DNA of 64,000 bases from Paraspadella gotoi (lineage: Eukaryota; Animalia; Chaetognatha). The notes below the pieces were generated by a model. The model was not told the DNA's origin and did no database searches. It saw nothing but the letters and a program-made list of their open reading frames with translations. The DNA is taken from positions 19,042,611 through 19,106,610 of the forward strand of contig CM119266.1 in the NCBI GenBank assembly GCA_051294375.1. Reading direction: 5' to 3'. The translations under genes and the position numbers were made by a program. Shown piece by piece: positions 13,102 to 24,300 of the stretch; within the stretch, counting starts at the first letter, position 1, and the number at the start of each line of letters is the position of its first letter.

Positions 13102-16100
13102 ATGTCGCCTCCCAGCGGTGCCGCGGTGAATCCCATCCCCGATTCAACGCCACAGAATCCTGACTTTCATCTAAATTGGCGTGATCAGTGTGAAAGCCGT
13201 TCGCGCGGCGCCGGACCCCAGATTCAGACGAGCACGCCGCGAACTCGAAATACTGAATCTGGGGTTCATTTAGTGGAAGTGACGCGATGCTGCCGATTGG
13301 CTCGATGGTTGCCTATTCTTCGAGGTACCAAAATTTGGTGCGTTCAGGTAAAGTTGGCTTATTGTACTTTATTTTTTGGCTTATTGATTTTATTTCATCA
13401 TTTATGATAATTTATTTTATCAATTTTTTGAGAATTAAAAAAAAAACGAAGAATTGCCTTATAGGCTTATATTTATAAAGCGATGAACAGCAATATTTGA
13501 TACATACATATAGTTATAAATTTCAACTGATTTTTAAATTTGATATAATTTTTATAAAATTTTAAACAGAACTTTTCCTTATCGGGCTTATGCTTTGTTC
13601 ACTGTCTTTTTTCTTTATACTTTATAGTTAAGTAGAGTTTTGATCCAACTATCCTAGGATATTTGCGGTATGGTCTGTGCCATTTTGACTTGGATTTTGA
13701 TCTCCTACGCCTTTTTCGTTGTTGTTTTTGTGATACTCCTGCCCGACATCGAAACTTTCTACAACTTCGCCAACGTACTCCTCTTCGTCTCATTAGCTTT
13801 TTTGGCTACGGTCTCGCATCTTAGAGCCATGATCACGGATCCAGTTCGTAAATTTGTATTACCTCTTGCTCATTTAAAAATATGTAATTAACTGACCTTA
13901 TTTCACAATACAGGGTGCTATTCCCATGGGAAACGCGACTCAAGAGAATATCCAGCGTCTTGGTCTCAAAGGTGCTAATTTTAAATTAGATACCAAACAA
14001 AAGACAAAATTTCTGAAATCCGTAAGATTCTGATATTATGTGAACCTTATTTTTGCACAGATGGGCAAATCGTTTACAAGTGTTCGAAATGCTGCAGCTT
14101 AAAGCCAGAGAGAGCGCATCACTGCAGCGTTTGCCAAAGATGCATTCGTAAAATGGATCATCACTGCCCTTGGGTCAACAACTGCGTTGGCGAAAATAAC
14201 CAGAAATACTTCGTCTTGTTCACAGTTAGTTTGGTTCTGTTGGCGACTTGGCATATATTTTAAATTGGATATTAACTAATTAAGGAAACCTTTATTTCTC
14301 CCTTAGTTTTACATCGCTTTGATTTCTATTCACTCCATCATTCTGGTCATTTTTCATTTTGTGACTTGCATGAAAAAAGAGTGGAAAGGTAAGGCGTGTT
14401 GCATGGTTACTAACCATTGGTTGGCTCGTTTAAACTGAAGTACGATGATCTGTTTTCATTAATTTATGTCATTGCCAGACGCAAAGTTGTCGCCGTGATT
14501 TGTTATTGCCCATATACAATATGGGACTATTAAAACAGTTACGTCAATTGAAAAGGTTAATAGTTTAAAAGGTACCAAAAAAAGTTGTTTTGACTCCTTT
14601 TTAATTATTTGAAGTGGTGTGCAAAAGTGATGAACAAATAAAAATAGGAAGTATTATGGAAGAAAAAACTGTCATAAGGTCATACTCAATGATCGTTTAT
14701 TAATTTTAAAATATTATAATTCATGGTCACCAAGCATTTTTTTATTGATTTTTGCGCAGTGCGCACCTTTTTGGCTCGCAGAACTGCGGGAAAGACTCAT
14801 TAATATTCTTTTTGCCAATCGACTAAATTTCTAATCGGCTGAAGCGCGGAAAAAATTGTGAGGCCGCTAATAAATTATAAAAGAAAATTAATGTAAATAC
14901 TTACACTAAAAGTTTTTAAAATTGGATAATTATTGAATAATTATTTTAACTAATATACTTTCCATAGTTTTCTAAAAAATCTATTTTAAGTTAAATTGAT
15001 TTAACTTTTTGTTTCCATTTTTATTGAAATTGTATATTGTGTTTGTACATAATTATAACCTATAACAACGGTGTGATTTAACTTTCATTCTTGTTTCATT
15101 ATTGCTGATTTTAATGCAGTGCTGTACTTCCTAATAAACTTTTTAAGTACTCAAAGATAAAGAGTAAATCGTATCAATATGCTTGGTAACGCAATGGACG
15201 TACTAAATCTTAATTTATTATTATTAGTTTTGTTAGACAATCTTTTAAACTTTTAAGAGGCTAAGGCGAGTTACTTTTCTTGAGCCTTTGTTTTGAGTGA
15301 AGTGATCGAGAGGAGATTCGGTCGCCTTGCATCTCTGACGGTTCGGATAACCCCCACACTTAGTGTGCCCATTTGGTTTCGTAAAATTGTTCATCAATTG
15401 TTTCGCTACTCATACTTAATAGCCACCGGGTCATTTGCATAATAATTTGAATAAGACTTCCAGTTCTAGCCCTGTCGGAACGAGCCTTGCAAAAGAGTGA
15501 CCTGCCGGTTAAATTTTAACCGTTTGATCGCCGGTAAGCTACCGGATCTGGAGGCTTGCTACCTCAGAATCATAGTTCCGCAAAGCAAGTTGAAAGTTCT
15601 CCCTGATACACTGGAAACACTGGAGGCTAGCTAGTGGCTACACCGTCAGAGGAGCTTGGCAATCTCCTTTCCTATCGCCTATTTGTTAATTTGATCTTCT
15701 TTACCTGATGGTATTAAATTTTAAGGAATCTTCGTATTCAGGTTGCAGCTCGTACTCCCCACCGGCAACCGTCATTCTCATGATGTTTCTCATCTTTGAA
15801 GGCCTACTATTCTCAATATTTACAGCTGTTATGTTCTCAACGCAACTATCGGCAATATGCACTGATGAGACTGTAAGTATGCTCTCCATAATAATTATGT
15901 ATTTGATATGCATTGATAATTTTCAAGGTCTTATTCTCTTTAATATTTTGTTACAAAATTTCCTAATTCTCCCATGTATGTTATTTGTGTGCATGTTGTA
16001 ATGTTTGTGGTTGTAATGAAAATTGTTGCGGTTGTGGTGGTTATGGTTATTTTGATGTAGTGGTTATTGTAGTAATTATTATTGTTATAGTTATTGGAGT

Positions 16101-16703
16101 TGTTATGGTCGAGTCATTAAACTCATTTTTGATGTGGTTGTGTTTTAGTTTCGGAGGTTGTGGTGGTCTTATTCGTTATTCTGATTTTAGTGGTTGTTAA
16201 TGTCGATAAAGCAAACAAAAATATAAGGCAAAAAAAAAAAAACTGGATAAAGAAATGTAAAGCAAAATATATAAGGAAAATAATATTCTGGAAACTGCAG
16301 CTCCAAATTCCTGAGCGCCAGCTCTCGAGAGATGCCTCACACCCCTGGCATCACACCTGTTTCCCCGTTGCCATAATATAAACTTTTTTGTGTACTCTCT
16401 AAAACTTGATTCTTGTTATAATTTTATATTAAAGACACTCGTTTCTGAGCAATGAATTTTTACTTCGCTTCTCTTTATAATTAGTAACTTATTAATACAC
16501 AACCTTATCCTAATTTCATTTCTCCATCCTAATTGCAGGGTATTGAACAACTGAAAAAAGAAGGCGGATCGTGGGGAAAAAAATCACGTTGGGCCAACAT
16601 TAAGTCAGTCTTCGGTTCTCCTTTCTCGGTCAAGTGGTTTTCTCCCTTTCACCCGCCCAACACCCACATGGGCAAGCTCGAACCTTACTTATACTGCGTA
16701 TAA
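13102..16703 (+). CDS. ZDHHC3/7: DHHC palmitoyltransferase, ZDHHC3/ZDHHC7-like; exons 13102-13347, 13658-13843, 13914-13971, 14061-14224, 14307-14388, 15742-15872, 16539-16703
   Basis: Spliced translation contains [68 protein letters not shown] and ICTDETGIEQLK. All six introns are GT-AG and in phase. Confidence 0.95.
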
Positions 16704-18323
16704 TATTTTTTATTATTTCTATTTTACTGATGTTCTATTCCCTGTCCGAATCGGTTTTTAGTTAGATCTGCATATATTTTATAGCAGATCCGACTCTATA
16801 ATTTATTTTGTCGCTCTTTCGGTCTACCTTTAAATCATTTAGATCATCTCTGAATATTAAATTTTGATGAATTTTGTTTTAAAAAGCTATAAAGTTTAAA
16901 AAAGAATTATAAGAATTGTAGTAAATCCTCCATGCAAAAATAATATTATTTTGATTTGATTATATCATGAATTATGAATCGATCAAAAAAAAATTATTTT
17001 TAATATTTTTGTTTATGAGTTCAAGGTTTATTTTTTGATATATATTATTACTAATATATCATGACTTATCGTTTGATTAACAGATTAATTATTTAAGTCA
17101 GATCCGACATGGTTTTTCTTATAATTTTGTAAACAGTGCTATTAAAGATCATTTTTACCAGAAATACATGTAATTGAATATTTTTTGGGGGAGTTTTTGT
17201 TTAGTTCAATTATTACATAGATCTCCTTAAATTTTTAGCTCTGATAGTGATACAAAACTCCTTTTAAATAGCAGCTTCAGTTACGGGCTTGTTGTACTCG
17301 GAGGCTTAGATTTTGAAGTAGTAGATAATGATCATTGATCACGCAATGCCGATTAAATATTTTGAAAGAGTACAAAATTTCGTGAGTATTGCCCAAATTA
17401 CTATAGAATACTCAATGCGTAAATTATTCAACTGAAAATCAAATTTTATTTCAAATTCAAACAGTACTAGAACAGATTCGTGTGAATATCAAAATATTGT
17501 TACAATTGTAGTCGGCTCTTTAAAATTCGTTGAATATGACAAGAGCTTATACTAGTCATTAAACATTTCGTGTACATCGAATTCATACTTTTTTCCTATA
17601 TTCAAATTCGAAATATAACTTGAAAAATTCTGAAAAATATTAGAAAAAGTCAAAAAAGAAGTTTTTAAAATATTTTACGGTGAGTCAAGAGCTAAGATGA
17701 ACTAGTTAGTCTAGTGTAGACAGCGAATTTTTTTATTTCTATTGAAGCAATAGATTTCAAGACAATAACTAAATGTCTTGGTTTCGATTCCATCTGCGAT
17801 GATATACAGAAGTCTTCATTTCAGAAAATGCTCTCCCAGTTTTTCTGAATTGCATTTATGTCTTAACTAAGTAGAAAAACCATTTTCATAAATTTAAATT
17901 GATTTTTATTCCTTTGAAAATGCTTAGTCCATCATTTTAGATCTATTTTTTGTTATCGGCATGAAAGCTGGCTTGAACCTCTTTTGTTAATGTCCTAGAA
18001 AAATGGGAAAAAAATTTTTTTCTCACTATAATAGATTTACTTTTGTGAACAAGTAAACATTTCTGCCTTTTCTGCAACTGTTCAGGATAAAAAAAAATAG
18101 CAAAATTTAAAAAAAAAATTGGCCTATTCTTCCCCACCTGAGGGGCCCATATCTCGGGTCATAGGGCATGAGTTCATGAAAAATGTTATTTAAGTCGATC
18201 GAGTAGTTTAATCGGAGCCGATTCTCGGTTCGAAATAACGGGAGAGCATTTTTTAATATGAAGCCTTCTGTATTACGTTTCTTGATTTCTCGTCCCAACT
18301 TTCATTGATTATTTCGTCGGAAG

Positions 18324-21300
18324 ATGTTAAAATCAGCTTCAACTCGGTCGCCGAATTCTCGAGGTCCTCGATCTTCATCGGAAAAGTCGCCGCGTCTTCC
18401 GAAGACTCGATCATTGCCAACTCGGTCCTCTCACTTGCTCCGGAGTCGCTCCGTTTTTCGCCGCTCGCACAAAGGAGGCGGACCTTCTCCCGTTCTATCG
18501 CCGGAACGACTTCGATCCAGAACGCCGCACGACGTTCGCTCGTCGGTGAAACGACAAAAGGGGAGACGTCACGATTGGCGAGATTCCATCCGCGGTCCGC
18601 CGGCGCCTGGCCAATTCGCCCCGCCGCCAAAGACTCTAGCAGTCTGGCGGAACGTGCGTAAAAGGAATAAGACGCGGCGCAATACGAAAAACGAAAGTAC
18701 CAACGCCAACGAGAGAGAGAGCGAGACAAATGAAGCACGGGGAATTGACTCTGAATTCGGTAACGAGTTCGAGATTCATCCGCAAGCGCCGTTAAACGTT
18801 GATTGGGCGGACGAAGACGCCGTTAATGGATTTAGACGGAAAATCCAGCACGCCCACGGGGTCTGGAGAGGTCGGAAAAATTAAAACTTTGAACGCATAT
18901 TTCAGGACTAGAAGATTATTAAAACGAGTCAATTCTTGATAATTATGTTACGTACTTAATTCTGGTCGCGCAAGTGTAATATGAACACCGAACAGACAAC
19001 TGACCGACAGAAAGACAAGGTCTGACTAAAAAGGTTTTTTTTTCGGAACGGTGATTTCCAACGCAGCCGAAAAATATGGTAGCAAATCGTTGTTTCCGAA
19101 AGGTAATCGAAATGAATCCGAAAATCAAGAGGGCGGTACGTCGGCGGCGTGTCCCGCCGCCCCCTCTATCGTCGCCGCCGCTAATGCTCCCTGTCCGCTC
19201 TGTACCCGCGGTCTCTGCAACCTGGCGACACCGGGCGATGCCTGTGCAGATCACAGCGTCGGCGATGACGTCTGTTGCCTCCATCATCTTTGCCTCGAAG
19301 ATGTTGTCAACTTGAGGAAGAGAGAGAGGGCGAAGAAATCCGACATCAAGAAACGATGCACTTGCAAGTGAGGCAGGATAATTAAGATGTAGTAAAAAAG
19401 AATGAAATAAAAAAATATATAAAAAGGGTTAACAACCAATAATTCGGCAGAGAATGCGTACCAGACCGCACGCCTCTTCTCGTGGCCGTCCAGAGAGCGC
19501 GCGACCGTCTCAAGATTGAGCCAGAGGGAACGTACGAGGGTCCGACCCAGGCCGAGCGAACTTGGCTATGGACGCGACTTCCCGACGAGGGTCCCGTGCC
19601 GCAGCGTGGGCGGTGCGGTCGACCCGAGAATGTTCCGCCTGATCTCGTGGTCGGAAAGGCCCCTATATACATGGCAGGACCGAACCCTGGAGAGAGATGG
19701 TCGCAGTTTTTTTTTAAATGGTGAATCTGAAAGGAAAGAATGAAGTATTCTCCACCCAACTCTAAATCTGGGTTTCTTGGCTCCTGATTTGCCAGGTACA
19801 ACCAAGAGAACGACCAGTGGGGTCAGAACATTGAGATGGTCCAAGACGACGACGAATTCCTATTTCAGCCGAAGCCACCGGCGACTCTTTTTCTCGACGT
19901 GGACAAAAAGCGATTGCGTCCGGGGGACGAAGAACGGAAAATTATTCATGACGATTTGAAGGTGACTGATAAGATCGTCAATGTCCAAAGTCAGGGGCAA
20001 GATAGCTTATTTATTAAATGAATATCTAATTTGTATTTTGATACTAGTGCGGAGTACAATAAGTATTCCCCGATCTAATACTTAAGTGGTCTTTTCATAC
20101 AATTGAAACATTCTTTGAAATATTATTCCACTTCATTTATAGGGAAGCAAGGTACTCTGGGAGTGAATAAACGAGACTGAGAGTCTTGATTGAAAACTTG
20201 ATATGTCATCATCTTGTAAGAGTGATGGAGGCCTTAAACCACCAAAGCCTGTCCAAAGTCAGAGGCAAGGTAGTATGGCAACAGCCGGGTTGCCTGGAAT
20301 GCCCATTGGGATGGGGCATCTCACTGTTGGCTTTTGGGGGCTTCCGACCCTCAGTGACGCCTCCAGTCACTGGCGCGGTTACCCTAGGACGGTCTCGCTT
20401 TGCCAACGCAGAGGGAAGTCGTTAGGACTGTGGATGGAACACTACACTTGGGATGGTGTGTTCCCCTCTGAGCCAATGGATTTGGCTGAAGGATGGTGGA
20501 CGTGAGGCGGTGTGAATATACCGCCACAGAATCCCCGGGCCAAGACATCACTCAGGTTCCTCAAGCCTGAGAGGTGTCTGACAAGACTGTTACCATAGTG
20601 GGAGAGAGAGAGAGAGAGCGCGAGTTGTGGGGGCATAGGCGTTTGTCGTAGCGTACCCCAGGGGAATAGGCGTTTGTCGTAGCGTACCCGAAGTCGGCAG
20701 GGCATAGGCGTTTGTCGTAGCGTACCCTGAGAAGGTTGCGTGTTCGATAGTAGGGCTCACCACTTAAGGCAACAGCCGGGTTGCCTGTGATGCCCATTGG
20801 GATGGGGCATCTCACTGTTGGCTTTGGGGGCTTCCGACCCTCAGTGACGCCTCCAGTCACTGGCGCGGTTACCCTAGGACGGTCTCGCTTTGCCAACGCA
20901 GAGGGAAGTCGTTAGGACTGTGGATGGAACACTACACTTGGGATGGTGTGTTCCCCCTCTGAGCCAATGGATTTGGCTGAAGGATGGTGGACGTGAGGCG
21001 GTGTGAATATACCGCCACAGTAGCTTATTTATTAATGAATGGATAATTTTTATATTGGTTGTACCAATTTCATTAACTCTTGTGGACGAACAACTACAAT
21101 ACGGAACCTCGGTCAAACTATTGACCTTACTTTCAACCGCCTGATCTCTCTCTCTCTCTCTTCATGATCAGCTTTGCGCCTGTAAATACCCATTGTTATA
21201 GACTAATCGTTTTAACCACATTAAAGAATAAAGTCATCCTTGATCTGAAAATCTTTGCGTACACACTCTCATAAAGTCTCAATATTAAATATTGTCTTCC

Positions 21301-24300
21301 TCTTTATTTTAATCATTGTTGTCAACCTTTCATCTTTTCATATTACTTTTTCGTTTTCCATGAATACTACTTTAGTACTAGTCCGACAAAGAGAATTTGA
21401 ATAGATTGATTACAATGCTCGCGGGGCAAGGCATGTTCCTTTTTCTTATATCAATCAGGATTCCGGGGAGGTTAAGGGATCTTTTCCGGTGGACGACAAC
21501 CCGAGAAGTTTAGAAGCGGAGATACAGCGACAAGGGTGAGTTTAAAGGGGGGGGGGACGTGGGCGGATTGGCATTAAGGAAGAAATATTTTGGCTTCAGT
21601 TGGATCTGCGATTGCTGCTCTGGAAGATGGAGGCAAAACAGAGAGAATCGCGACATCAAGAAAGCGTTGATTGAATCTCAGAGAAAAGAGAATAAGGAGG
21701 AAGAAGAAGAAGAAGTCGATGTCATAGATGAAGTAGAAGACGATGACAGAGAAGAAATTGAAGAAGAAGATGAGGAAAACCAAGAACATCGTGAGAATCA
21801 ACTTGATGAAAAGACAATACCGATCAGTAGCGAGGCGCTTAGTATGGAGCCCGCCCGCGGATTATCCGCTCCGCTGCAAGCGGTTGGCAGCGGCGGCACG
21901 GGACGTCTAACGATCGGAACTTTCGGGACGGCAGTGAGCGAAGGAGAAATCGTGGGTGGCGCCGAGGGTGCCCATGGCGCCGAACACGACCGATCTACGA
22001 GAACTTTCTTTTCTGGGGAAAAAGAGTATCTTTCTCAAGAAGATGTAACCAACGTTAACAAGAAGTTTAGCAAGCCGGCTTCATCGAAGAACATGTTGCA
22101 AGTAAGAAAAATTTGGGGAAGTTTAAATAACTTGAAGGTTGTAACCTATAGAATAATATTATAATAGTTCAGTTAATATGGTTGCGTTGTCCACAGGAGA
22201 GGCCGCTAATGTCGGGCCCTTCTAACGCCACCTATAAATCGGTTCATTTTGAAAATGTTAACGCCGGTCCTAAACGATTGAATGGCAATAACAACAACTG
22301 CAACGAGGACGAAGATGACGAAGATGACGACTCAGCGCCAATGAAGATCGAAACTCTTGCGTCAATGATCAGCGTGGATGAGTTTCTTCGCCTAGATTTT
22401 TTGTGGGACTGTGTCTGCGTTTCAAGAAGGAAAATAGAGTCGAATATGGTGGACGCCGTGCACCTCGGGGATGTTGGGAACGGCGAGTACGACGGTCACC
22501 CCGTCGTCGAACGAGCCGAGGCACGTGGATTCGTTGCCGCCGTTCTCGACGTCGTCGGCGAATTCGTCATGAACGCGGGTATCCGCGAGAATCTTGTGTG
22601 TGTTGAGTCGACGCTGCGGTCTCTCTACGGCGCACGGTCTCGCCGCGAGATCGATCCTTTTCACGAGCGCCTACTCCGCTGCTGCCAGGAGAACATTTTC
22701 GACTTCGGTCCGCTGCATCGAACTGCTCTGGCAAAACTGCTGATGCTTTTCGCCGCGTTCTGCCGTCGTGAATCCGCTGAGGAGGTGAAGGAGGCCTCGA
22801 CGCAGCCGGCGACTGGGTCGGCCACGCCCCAGTCCGAGCGTCGCACTGCGAAAGAACTTTTTTCCCGCGAAGAGAGAGAACAGATTCGTGAGTTGTGGGC
22901 GCAAATTCGCGACAATGACAATCTCGTGTACAAGATCCTCCGCTCGTGGTTCATAGCGTCCCCATCTCTCCGGCACAAAGTCATTTTAACTCGCAAGATC
23001 AAGTCCTCCCCCTTTGTCACTCTCCTCGAGGCTCAGGATTTCCGCGATCGGTTCCGGTTCGTCTTTCCGCTCCTCAATGTCGTCGTGGAGAAACTCGACT
23101 TCCCCGAGGAGCTCGTGGACGCCCTTGCCAACTTCGAGGCGGAGATCCACTCGTGCTTCATCAATCTGTGCCACGAGGAGCTTCGAGTTTTTACTGACGC
23201 CGTCTTTAATTGCCTCCAAAAGCAATTCGATCAAAAGGATTTCCCTGATCACTTTTCTAATTTTGGGAAATTTCTCGATTTCCTCGAAGAGGCGCTTAAT
23301 GGGAATTTGAGGGAAATGGAGTTGCGGAAGTGGGAGATGGCCCAGCTGGTGCTGCGGCACGAGGAAGAAAAGAGAGCACAGCTGCGTCAGCAACAGCGGA
23401 TGCAGCAACCTTTGCCTGCCAATTTTGTGAAGCGGCCACCGATCGCCAATTCTAACGTTAACGCTTCTTTCGACGACAGCAAGAAAAAAGGGGAAGACAA
23501 TTTGAATCGGAATACGTGCACGGTAGATTGTCCTTTCGATTGCATGAATTCTTGCCCTGCGAGACCCAAGACCGATCACTGGGCCGATATAAGCCTGGCT
23601 GAAGGATATCAGCCACGCTCACTTTCCAAGGAGAGGACCGATACCTTTGCGGTATTGGAAGAGAGTTCTTAAGTTAGGAGTGGTTAAAGTGTTTGATAAT
23701 TAAATATTTTAGTTATTTTTTTATATTTTTTTTCTTTTCGCCTTCGTTTTTTAGAATTATTTGGATCTTGACCTTGAAGGAGATATGCAAAGCCTCGTTT
23801 CCTTCGATCCTAACATGGATAATCACGATAAAGAAAAGCATAGAACAAGTAAGCCGTTTTGATTAAACAAAATATGTTTATTCTATTTATGCCTAAAAAA
23901 CTCAAATTTGTTAATTACGTAGGTGGACACTTATCTACCCTCTCTTATTTCTTGCTAACTTTTGAGCTTCGAAAACATTAACAATTGAACATTGAACATT
24001 CCTTATCACACTTTTAATTTTTTTCTCCTAGATTTAAATATTTCCGATTATTTCCTTCTTTTTATTTTTTTTTTATCCACGATAGTTAATATAGTAGGAG
24101 AGCCACCGTACAGATAACAAAGTCAAAGAAAACGATTTCCATGATTTAGTGATTTTTATTTTCACAAACAAAATGCCATTGTTCGTCACATACTTCAGCG
24201 ACTCTAAAATCCAAGCGGGGTGAAAAAAAATAAACAAAAGAGCACTTCCTTAAGTTGTAAGAAGTTCAAGCCCCCAATCCAAGATCACACAGCTGCTTGA

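Noticed and set aside
18253-19287. Minus-strand ORFs of 161 and 114 aa
   Set aside because: They could not be spliced into a consistent model; the plus strand gives phase-matched exons.
20631-20727. CRISPR-like triple repeat
   Set aside because: Spacers are only 7 and 13 nt, the context is eukaryotic, there are no cas genes, and it lies inside an LTR element.
20730-20762. tRNA-Trp gene
   Set aside because: Only the 3' part with encoded CCA is present, at the PBS position next to an LTR.
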